From Campylobacterales bacterium (GTDB taxonomy: Bacteria > Campylobacterota > Campylobacteria > Campylobacterales > QNZT01): DNA of 64,000 nt. The DNA is taken from NCBI GenBank assembly GCA_027068765.1, contig JAMOMC010000172.1, forward strand, positions 5,123 through 69,122, in the 5' to 3' direction. This document shows positions 1 to 7,984 of this stretch, one piece after another. How positions within the stretch are numbered: the stretch's first letter is position 1; each line of letters opens with the position of its first letter. The position numbers were made by a program, and so were the translations under genes. The notes under the pieces are model-generated. The model made no database searches, was not told the origin of the DNA, and worked only from the letters and a program-made list of their open reading frames with translations.

Positions 1-287
1 AAGCTAAAAGGATTTTAAAGCTTCAAAGTGGAAGTAGCACAACTATCATAACTTGTATGATTTATGAAAGGGAAGAGTTATACTTTTTAGATATCTCTTC
101 AACCAATTATCAGTTTGAAGTGTTTGAAAAAGAGGATTTGGAAAATTATCTAAACTCAGGTGATTGGAGAGGGAAAGCTGGGGCTTGTATGGTTGAGGGG
201 TTTTGTAAAAAATATATAAAAGATGTTAAAGGACTAGAGAGTAATGCCATGGGGCTTGGCATTGAGAGGCTTCTTCCTTTTGTATGA
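1..287 (+). CDS. maf: Maf-like nucleotide pyrophosphatase, C-terminal fragment (5' end upstream of window)
   Basis: The frame is open from base 3 to the stop at 285-287. The C-terminal 'SGDWRGKAGACMVEG...AMGLGIERLLPF' resembles the Maf 'KAGAYGIQG...V(M)GLP' C-terminus. Confidence 0.65.
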   Translation, partial: AKRILKLQSGSSTTIITCMIYEREELYFLDISSTNYQFEVFEKEDLENYLNSGDWRGKAGACMVEGFCKKYIKDVKGLESNAMGLGIERLLPFV

Positions 288-1368
288 AAATGAGTTAAAA
301 GCTATTAAAAAATCAAATCGTTTTAGAGAGAGGGAGATATTTTGTGAAAATTTGCAAGATTTAGCATCTAATGATTATCTTGGTTTTGCTGAAGATAAAG
401 AGCTTTTAGCTTTGGCATATGAGAGAGTTTTAAGATACAAAACCCATTCCCCAAAAGCATCTCAGCTTATAAATGGCTATCATCCAATTCATAAAGAGTT
501 TGAAGAGTACCTTTGTGAGTTAAATGGTTTTGAAGCAGGTATTGTTGTTGGGAGTGGTTTTTTGGCAAACCTCTCTTTGATTGAGGCACTTTGTCGTAAA
601 AAAGATATTTTAATCTTGGATGAGCTATATCATGCGAGTGGAATTTTAGCTTCAAAACTTGTTTCATGTGAAGTTGTTTTTTTTAGACACAATGATATAT
701 CTCACTTAAAAGAGATACTTAATTCAAATAGTTATAATCGTGCAGTTGTTTGTGTTGAGGGCATTTACTCAATGGATGGAGATATATTAAAAAAAGAGAT
801 TTTTGATATAGAAGATATTTTGCTTATAGTTGATGAAGCTCATAGTTGTGGGGTTTTGGGAGATAATCTTTTGGGAGTGTATGACTATTATGGTATAAAA
901 ATCAAAAAAAATCATATTAAAATGGGAACTCTTGGTAAAGCTTATGGTAGTTATGGGGCTTATATTTTAGCTGATAGTGAAGTTGTCTTATATCTTCAAA
1001 ATAGGGCAAAAGCCATCATTTATGCTACTGCACCATCTGTTTTTGATATATCTTTGGCATTAGAGGCTACTAAAAAAATAGAATCTCAAAAAAAAGAGTT
1101 GCTAGGAAAAATTAAAACTATTGTAAGATTAGTTGATGAAGTGTTTGAAATCAAGATAGATGGATTGATTTTAAAATTAGATGTGGGGAGTTCTAAAAGA
1201 GCTATTTGGATTAAAGAAGAAGCAAAAAAAAGAGGTTTTTTGATAGGGGCAATTCGCCCACCTACTGTAAAAAGTGCTATTATTCGTCTAATTCCAAGGC
1301 TTTCTTTGGATATGGATCTGCTTAAAAAGTTTTTTCTGGAGCTTAGAGATGAAATTTATAGTAAATAG
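244..1368 (+). CDS. bioF: 8-amino-7-oxononanoate synthase (class II PLP aminotransferase family)
   Basis: Motifs 'SNDYLGF', 'DEAHSCGVLG' and the PLP-lysine context 'GTLGKAYGSYG' are present, and the length (~370 aa) fits. An alternative TTG start at 280 would reduce the overlap with maf. Confidence 0.8.
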   Translation: MPWGLALRGFFLLYENELKAIKKSNRFREREIFCENLQDLASNDYLGFAEDKELLALAYERVLRYKTHSPKASQLINGYHPIHKEFEEYLCELNGFEAGIVVGSGFLANLSLIEALCRKKDILILDELYHASGILASKLVSCEVVFFRHNDISHLKEILNSNSYNRAVVCVEGIYSMDGDILKKEIFDIEDILLIVDEAHSCGVLGDNLLGVYDYYGIKIKKNHIKMGTLGKAYGSYGAYILADSEVVLYLQNRAKAIIYATAPSVFDISLALEATKKIESQKKELLGKIKTIVRLVDEVFEIKIDGLILKLDVGSSKRAIWIKEEAKKRGFLIGAIRPPTVKSAIIRLIPRLSLDMDLLKKFFLELRDEIYSK

Positions 1369-2044
1369 ACTTTTGATAAAAAGTAAATCCCAAGAGCTTG
1401 TAAATATCTCATTTGAGATAAAAGAGTCATTTGCATTAGTTGGACAGAGTGGGAGTGGAAAATCTCTAACCTTAAAAGCACTTTTAGGAATGTCTGCTAA
1501 AAACTTAGATGTCAAGTTAGATATAGAATCTAGTTTTAAGATAAAAAGAGGTGAAAATATATCGATAGTTCCACAAAACCCATTTACAGCACTCTCTCCT
1601 TTGACAAAAATTGCTAAACAGTTTATGTTAGATAGAGATAAGGCTGAAATTTTTATGCAGATGGTTGATTTGGATATAGATTTTTTAAATCGTTATCCAT
1701 CTGAGCTTAGTGGTGGACAACTTCAGCGTGTAATAATCGCTATGGCACTCTCAACAAATCCTAAACTTTTACTTCTAGATGAGCCAACAACGGCACTAGA
1801 TTCTGATACAAAAGATGCGATATTGAAACTTATAAAAAAGCTTCAAAAAGAGGTGGGTTATAAAATTTTATTTGTAACTCATGATATTGGAGCGACTAGG
1901 GAGTTATGCCAAGAGATTGCTATATTAAAAAATGGTACAATAGTTGAAGAGGGCAAAGTTAAAGATGTTTTAGAAAATCCTAAAAGTTCATATGCTAAAG
2001 AGCTTATAGAGTCAAATTTTAAAAATAGGAAAAAAAGAGTATGA
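1349..2044 (+). CDS. ABC transporter ATP-binding protein (Dpp/Nik-type, short)
   Basis: Walker A 'GQSGSGKS', signature 'LSGGQLQRV' and Walker B 'LLLLDEPT' are present. No cognate permease is adjacent. Confidence 0.8.
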   Translation: MKFIVNRLLIKSKSQELVNISFEIKESFALVGQSGSGKSLTLKALLGMSAKNLDVKLDIESSFKIKRGENISIVPQNPFTALSPLTKIAKQFMLDRDKAEIFMQMVDLDIDFLNRYPSELSGGQLQRVIIAMALSTNPKLLLLDEPTTALDSDTKDAILKLIKKLQKEVGYKILFVTHDIGATRELCQEIAILKNGTIVEEGKVKDVLENPKSSYAKELIESNFKNRKKRV

Positions 2045-3987
2045 AGTATGTACTAAGAGCATTTATAGCACTTTTTCTTTTGGGAATTATCTCAGTTGTG
2101 ATGGCATTTTTATATTTTTCAAATGAGATAAAGCTAGATGCAGATAAATTAATCTACTACAATCCAGATACAACCACAAGAGTTTATGATAGACATGGCG
2201 AATTAATAGCAAATCTTTTTAATAAAAAGCATAGACTTTATGCCTCTTATGAAGAGATACCACCTAGACTCATTGAAGCTCTTATAGCTATTGAGGATAC
2301 AACTTTTTTTGAGCATAAAGGTGTAAATTATGAGGCGATTTTTAGAGCGGCCATAAAAGATATAAAAGCTATGAGTCTTAAAGAGGGAGCTTCAACATTG
2401 ACTCAACAGCTTATAAAAAACACCATTTTAACTAATGAAAAGAAGTTTAAAAGAAAGATAAATGAAGCGATTTTGGCTTTGAAGTTAGAGGGTGAGCTTA
2501 CAAAAGAGGAGATTTTAGAGAGGTATCTAAATGAGATTTACTTTGGTCATAGATATTATGGGGTTAAAACAGCGGCTCTTGGTTATTTTAGAAAAGAGTT
2601 ACATGAGTTAAATTTAAAAGAGATAGCGATACTTGTTGGGCTTCCAAAGGCACCAAGTACATATGATCCTACAAGACACTTAGATTTGTCACTTAGTCGT
2701 GCAAATACGGTTTTGTTTCGTATGAACTCTATTGGTTGGATTACAGATGAAGAGTATCAAAAGTATGAGCAGTTTCGTCCAAAAATTTATGATGATACTT
2801 TAACAAAAAATAAAACTCCTTATGTGATTGATCAAATTATAAGGGAATTAAGAGCTGAATACCCAGATCTTAGAACTGGTGGTTATGAGATATATACAAC
2901 TATCGATTTGGAGCTTCAAGAGCTTGCTAAAAAGTCACTTTTAGATGGCTATAAAGAGATAATTAAAAGAGGAGAGGGTCAAGAGGTTGATTATAGTGAT
3001 TTAAATGGTGCGATGGTTGTTTTGGAAAATAAAACAGCAGAGGTTTTAGCTCTTGTTGGTGGAGTTGATTATAAGAAAAGCTCTTACAATAGAGCAGTTC
3101 AAAGTATAAGACAACCTGGTTCATCATTTAAGCCATTTATCTATCAAGTAGCTTTAGATGCAGGGTACTCAACTCAGAGTAGATTAACTGATATTTCAAG
3201 AACTTTTAAAGATATAAATCAAGAGGATGAAAAAGAGTGGAGACCCAAAAATTATTCTAAAAATTATGCAGGAGTTTTGAGCCTTCGTCAAGCATTGGTG
3301 CACTCTAGAAACCTTGCTACTATAAATTTAGTAAATGAGTTAGGACTTAGTAGTGTTCATAGGGCGATTAGAAAAATGGGGTTTAAAAATATTCCAGCTG
3401 ATTTGTCTATGTCACTTGGAACTTTTGGTATATCTGTATTGGATTTTAGTGGATTTTATACGATTTTTTCAAATTATGGAAAGAAGTTAGACCCAATTTT
3501 AGTTAAAAAAGTTGTAACGGGGCAGGGTGACGAGAAGAGTTATACTGCAAAAAAAAGTGAAGTTGTATTGCCTTCGCAGAGTTTTTTAACTACATCAATT
3601 TTAAGAGATGTTGTAGTTAAAGGAACAGGCACAAATGCAAAAGTTAAGGGGATTGAGTTAGCTGGAAAAACAGGTACTACAAATGAGTATAAAGATGCAT
3701 GGTTTTGTGGGTATTCTCCACAAATTCAAACTCTTGTATGGTTTGGAAAAGATGACAATCGACCAATGTACAAAGAATCAGGAGGAAAAGCATCAGCACC
3801 TGTGTTTGCATCTTTTTATAGAGAGTATTTAAAGATTCATCCTGAAACTAAAAGAGTATTTGATATACCAAAAAAGGTTAGGGTTGTGAAGGTCAAAAAC
3901 AAGACTGAGTATTTTACAATAATCTCAAAACCACCTAAAAATGGCAGTGAACAAGGAACAACTCCAGAAGATAAGCTTCTATTTTAG
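2041..3987 (+). CDS. Class A penicillin-binding protein (PBP1A, glycosyltransferase + transpeptidase)
   Basis: N-terminal TM helix. GT51 motifs 'EDTTFFEHKGV', 'GASTLTQQL' and 'RKINEA'. Transpeptidase motifs 'SSFKP' (SxxK), 'SRN' and 'KTGTT'. Confidence 0.9.
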   Translation: MKYVLRAFIALFLLGIISVVMAFLYFSNEIKLDADKLIYYNPDTTTRVYDRHGELIANLFNKKHRLYASYEEIPPRLIEALIAIEDTTFFEHKGVNYEAIFRAAIKDIKAMSLKEGASTLTQQLIKNTILTNEKKFKRKINEAILALKLEGELTKEEILERYLNEIYFGHRYYGVKTAALGYFRKELHELNLKEIAILVGLPKAPSTYDPTRHLDLSLSRANTVLFRMNSIGWITDEEYQKYEQFRPKIYDDTLTKNKTPYVIDQIIRELRAEYPDLRTGGYEIYTTIDLELQELAKKSLLDGYKEIIKRGEGQEVDYSDLNGAMVVLENKTAEVLALVGGVDYKKSSYNRAVQSIRQPGSSFKPFIYQVALDAGYSTQSRLTDISRTFKDINQEDEKEWRPKNYSKNYAGVLSLRQALVHSRNLATINLVNELGLSSVHRAIRKMGFKNIPADLSMSLGTFGISVLDFSGFYTIFSNYGKKLDPILVKKVVTGQGDEKSYTAKKSEVVLPSQSFLTTSILRDVVVKGTGTNAKVKGIELAGKTGTTNEYKDAWFCGYSPQIQTLVWFGKDDNRPMYKESGGKASAPVFASFYREYLKIHPETKRVFDIPKKVRVVKVKNKTEYFTIISKPPKNGSEQGTTPEDKLLF

Positions 3988-4995
3988 ATAAAATTCTCTA
4001 TACCAATCTATAAACTTAGAAATTCCTTCTTTGAGAGGAGTTTTTGGTTTATATCCTAAATCATTGATAAGTTCACTTGTATCTGCATAAGTGCTGTAAA
4101 CATCTCCAGGTTGCATATCCATTAGGTTTTTTTGAGCTTTTTTTCCTATTTTTTGCTCTAAAATTTCTATAAAATCCATAAGTCTTATCGGAGTATTATT
4201 CCCAATATTATAAATCTTATATGGAGTTTTATCTGAAGCTGGGTTGTCAATGACTCGTAATACTCCCTCACTTATATCATCAATATAGGTAAAATCTCTC
4301 TCCATTTTTCCGTTGTTAAAAACATTTATAGGCTTGTTTTTTAAAATTGCTCTTGTAAAAAGAAAAGGAGCCATATCAGGTCTGCCCCACGGCCCATAAA
4401 CTGTAAAAAACCGAAGCCCAGTTGTTGAGATATTGTAAAGATGGCTGTAAGTGTGAGCCATGAGTTCATTTGATTTTTTGGTAGCAGCATATAGTGAGAT
4501 TGGGCAAGAGACATCATGTTTGGTGCTAAAGGGTTGCTCTTTATTTAAACCATAGACAGAGGAGCTACTAGCATAGGAGAGTGCTTTTATATCATTTTGT
4601 CTGCAACACTCTAAGATATTCATAAATCCTACGATATTGCTTTGTATATACTCATGAGGATTTTCTAAGGAGTATCTAACACCAGCTTGTGCTGCTAAAT
4701 GGCAAACATCTGTAAAACTCTCTTGTTTAAAAAGTTTCTCCATCTGTTCTCTATCTTCAAGGTTTAATTTTATAAAGCTATACTCTGGATAGATTGAGCT
4801 TTTTATTAATTTTCCATACTCTATATCTTCTTCTTTTATACCTGTATCTTTTAATCTGCCATATTTTAAGGCTACTTCATAGTAGCTATTTATATTATCA
4901 AGTCCGATAACTTCATCACCTCGTTCTAGTAGTTTTTTAGCCAAATTGTGACCGATAAATCCAGCTGTTCCTGTAAGAAGTATCTTTTTAGACAT
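3979..4995 (-). CDS. NAD-dependent nucleotide-sugar epimerase (UDP-glucuronate 4-epimerase-like)
   Basis: Rossmann motif 'GTAGFIGHNL' and SDR catalytic 'YAATK' (YxxxK). It is the last gene of the export operon. Confidence 0.75.
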   Translation of the reverse strand: MSKKILLTGTAGFIGHNLAKKLLERGDEVIGLDNINSYYEVALKYGRLKDTGIKEEDIEYGKLIKSSIYPEYSFIKLNLEDREQMEKLFKQESFTDVCHLAAQAGVRYSLENPHEYIQSNIVGFMNILECCRQNDIKALSYASSSSVYGLNKEQPFSTKHDVSCPISLYAATKKSNELMAHTYSHLYNISTTGLRFFTVYGPWGRPDMAPFLFTRAILKNKPINVFNNGKMERDFTYIDDISEGVLRVIDNPASDKTPYKIYNIGNNTPIRLMDFIEILEQKIGKKAQKNLMDMQPGDVYSTYADTSELINDLGYKPKTPLKEGISKFIDWYREFYLK

Positions 4996-6056
4996 TAGTA
5001 GACTCTTAAAACTGATGTATCAAAACTATAGATAAAACCTATCTTTGCATAACCATACTTTTTTGTATATCTATTTTTTGTATATCTGTTATAAAGATAA
5101 GGTATGACACCGTTAAATTGGTGAAGCATGGCTTTTCCACCGATAAAAACAGTAATCTTATCATTTAGTTTTCTGCTAATTGAGCCTTTAAAGATATGAT
5201 TGTCATCTGTGAGTTTTACATTATCTTCTCTTCCAAATATATTTAGATACTCATATCCACCTTCAAAGAGAAAATCTTGATAATTGTAAACATAGTTAAA
5301 CCCAAAAAAAATGGACTCTTCATCTCTTTTTAAATCTGTTCCTTCAATCTCTACATTAAGTATATCTTGTATGATATTATGTAGTACTATATCACTCTCT
5401 ATAGAAGTTGTTTTTACTCCTGCATAGAGATTTAAAATAGAGTTTTGAAATTCCAAATTTCCAACAGCTCTTATAAAAAAAGATAAATCACTCATATTTG
5501 CAATTTTCATAAAAGGGACTATACCGCCTCTATTTACTATATATAGTGTACTTCCTTTATAAGAGACTCCACCATCTTTAAATACCATAGTTGTGCCTGG
5601 TCTAATCTTTTGTATCATGGAGTTTAAAAATGAGTCATTTTTTAAACTAATATCATCACTGCTATTATGTGTGAAACCAAGGTCAACTGAGAGAGGAAGT
5701 AGAAGATTTTCTATATACGGATTTAAATTTATTTTGCCAAATATTTCATGTTTTTTGTTTTTAAGTTCTGTATCTCCATAATTTATACTTAGATATTCAA
5801 AATTATAGTAGATACTATTGTATGAGTCAATACCGTAACCTAAAGAGATATCTAATCCACTCGCATCTCCAATAGAGCCAACATTTACGCTTCCTAATTC
5901 ACTCTCTTTTATATTAAAAACATCAATTGTATCGTTTATCTTATTGTAATTTAACTTTGTTTTTAACTCTCTTTCATTTAGTAGATTTAAGCCTATTTCA
6001 TTAGCACTAAGAAAACTTATAGTTAGTAATAGAAAAGTAGTTGCTATTTTTTTCAT
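4995..6056 (-). CDS. Outer-membrane beta-barrel protein, paralog 1 (polysaccharide-export associated)
   Basis: Signal peptide 'MKKIATTFLLLTISFLSA', alternating beta-strand pattern, and C-terminal 'GYAKIGFIYSF' with terminal aromatic residues. Clearly homologous to the 6077-7000 product. Confidence 0.6.
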   Translation of the reverse strand: MKKIATTFLLLTISFLSANEIGLNLLNERELKTKLNYNKINDTIDVFNIKESELGSVNVGSIGDASGLDISLGYGIDSYNSIYYNFEYLSINYGDTELKNKKHEIFGKINLNPYIENLLLPLSVDLGFTHNSSDDISLKNDSFLNSMIQKIRPGTTMVFKDGGVSYKGSTLYIVNRGGIVPFMKIANMSDLSFFIRAVGNLEFQNSILNLYAGVKTTSIESDIVLHNIIQDILNVEIEGTDLKRDEESIFFGFNYVYNYQDFLFEGGYEYLNIFGREDNVKLTDDNHIFKGSISRKLNDKITVFIGGKAMLHQFNGVIPYLYNRYTKNRYTKKYGYAKIGFIYSFDTSVLRVY

Positions 6057-6076
6057 AAATTTCCTTTAAAAATATT

Positions 6077-7000
6077 TTAATGATTTGGAAATTTTAGATC
6101 AAAGCTATAAACAAATCCTATATTTGCATATCCAAATTTTGTATCAAACACATTTTTAGTTTTTTCATTGTATAGATATGGGATTATACCGTTGTATTGA
6201 TTAGTATAATATTTACTGCCAATAAAAATTAAAATTTGTCTCGATAAGGCATAAGAGAGAGTTAGATTAAAAACATTGTTACTACTTTCAATATTTTGCA
6301 CACTTCTGTTAAAAAGTCTAATATACTCATATCCACCCTCTATAAGATAATTTCCTAATTCTACGGTATATTGAAATCCTAAATTTAGGGAAGTTTCATT
6401 TCTGTTAAGAGAGAGTAAATCTAGTTTTGTGTTGATATTTGTATATTTTAATCCAAGATAAAAATCTAAAATACTTGCTCTTATTTTTGAACCAGCCAAA
6501 ACTCTTATATAAAATGAGTTATCGCTCAAATCATTCATATTTGAAATTTCTAAATTTGAGCCTGAAATTTTCAAATCATTTGCCCCATTATGTATAAAAC
6601 CTAAATCTGTTGAAAAAGTATCTATAAATGAGCTTGGATTGTGGTAGATGCCAAGTTTTGTAAAAAAGTGCTGTTTTTTATTTTTTAAACTTTCACTTGC
6701 ATAGTCAAGATTTTGATACTCAAAGTTGTAAAAGAGTGATATATATTCAGAAAAACCATAACCAAGGGTAAAGTTAAGACCATTTAAATCTCCAATGCTT
6801 CCATGTCTTGAAGCACTCCCAACATTATCATCTCTTATATTAAAAATATCAAAATTTTTACTAACTACATTGTAGCTTGCACTAATGTTTGCTTTTTGAA
6901 AAGGAAGTACATATGAGCGAATATTTTGTGATGTGGCTTGTACATCTAAAGCCTTTACAAATGAGGCAAATAGAAACAATATTAGCAAAGTTTTAATCAT
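6077..7000 (-). CDS. Outer-membrane beta-barrel protein, paralog 2
   Basis: I place the start at ATG 7000 because it is preceded by GAGGAG and yields the signal peptide 'MIKTLLILFLFASFVKA'. It shares 'SIGD..GL...LGYG', 'YNFEY', 'LKNKK', 'EGGYEY', 'GIIPYLYN' and 'GYANIGFVYSF' blocks with paralog 1. Confidence 0.6.
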   Translation of the reverse strand: MIKTLLILFLFASFVKALDVQATSQNIRSYVLPFQKANISASYNVVSKNFDIFNIRDDNVGSASRHGSIGDLNGLNFTLGYGFSEYISLFYNFEYQNLDYASESLKNKKQHFFTKLGIYHNPSSFIDTFSTDLGFIHNGANDLKISGSNLEISNMNDLSDNSFYIRVLAGSKIRASILDFYLGLKYTNINTKLDLLSLNRNETSLNLGFQYTVELGNYLIEGGYEYIRLFNRSVQNIESSNNVFNLTLSYALSRQILIFIGSKYYTNQYNGIIPYLYNEKTKNVFDTKFGYANIGFVYSFDLKFPNH

Positions 7001-7025
7001 GAAGTTTTCTCCTCTTTTTTGAATC

Positions 7026-7973
7026 TCAAAACGATAACTCACTTTCTCTCTCAGGGGAGCTTCTTATAAATTCTTTAAAGAAGATAAAAAAGATTCCCAA
7101 AATGATAGAAGTTATAAAAGCAACTATAATAATCAAAGCTCTTTTAGGACCTGCTTTATCTTTTATATAGGGTACTTGTGGTTTAGTTAACTGTTTTACC
7201 ATATAGAACTCTCCAGCTTGAGATAGTACCTTTTTTTTCACTAATGCTGAAAGAAGAGAGTTTATATTGTCTCTAAGATCTATATTTTTAGATGCTAAAA
7301 GCTCTTTTTCATAATATGCAACTTGATCATCTAGTTCTTTTAAATCTAATTTTTTGATATAAGTACTCATCTCTAACAGATATATATCTATTAGCTCTTT
7401 TGCTACAAATCTATCTTCAAACTTTGCACTGAGTGTTATAGCACCTGATTCTTTATCCGTTGAAGTTGATAAGATATTTTTTATCTTTAAGTATGTATTG
7501 TATGTTAACTCTTCTTGGTCTATCTCTTTATAAGCATCTGATTTAAAAAAATCGTATATCTCTTTTTTATTTGCAGCAAAGACGAAGTTTTTCTCAATAT
7601 TTTTTAATTTTAGCATCTGGTTGATTTTATATTTTTTAATTATATCTTTATTAAATGAGTAGTTGCCTAGGAGATTTTTAAAAAGTCCGGAGATGTCTAT
7701 ACCTCCACCTCCACCACCTAAGTTTACTCCCGCCATAGCAGCCATAGCAGCTGCTCCACCACTAATATTTGGTTTATCATTCTCTTTTAAGATAAGTACA
7801 GTTGATGATGTATAGACATTTGGTTTTTTAAGTGCATATATAAGAGCAAAAAAAGTTACCAAAAGAGCAATTATTGCAATTGTAAATTTATTTTGCCAAA
7901 TGGTGCTAAATAGCTCTTTTAAATCTATCTCATCTTCTTCAATATAGTTAGCTCTATTATTTATCTCTTGCAT
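7026..7973 (-). CDS. Wzz/polysaccharide co-polymerase (chain-length determinant) family protein, no kinase domain
   Basis: N-terminal 'DEIDLKELFSTIWQNKF' followed by a TM helix, a coiled periplasmic region, and C-terminal 'PKRALIIIVAFI' TM. It also contains a 'GGGGGG' run. Confidence 0.7.
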   Translation of the reverse strand: MQEINNRANYIEEDEIDLKELFSTIWQNKFTIAIIALLVTFFALIYALKKPNVYTSSTVLILKENDKPNISGGAAAMAAMAGVNLGGGGGGIDISGLFKNLLGNYSFNKDIIKKYKINQMLKLKNIEKNFVFAANKKEIYDFFKSDAYKEIDQEELTYNTYLKIKNILSTSTDKESGAITLSAKFEDRFVAKELIDIYLLEMSTYIKKLDLKELDDQVAYYEKELLASKNIDLRDNINSLLSALVKKKVLSQAGEFYMVKQLTKPQVPYIKDKAGPKRALIIIVAFITSIILGIFFIFFKEFIRSSPERESELSF

Positions 7974-7984
7974 CTATTTTTACC

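Noticed and set aside
1349-2044. Orphan short ABC ATPase between bioF and PBP1A, considered as a possible unusual system.
   Set aside because: The motifs are ordinary. Lone ABC ATPase genes are common, and the permease may be encoded elsewhere. There is insufficient evidence for anything unusual.
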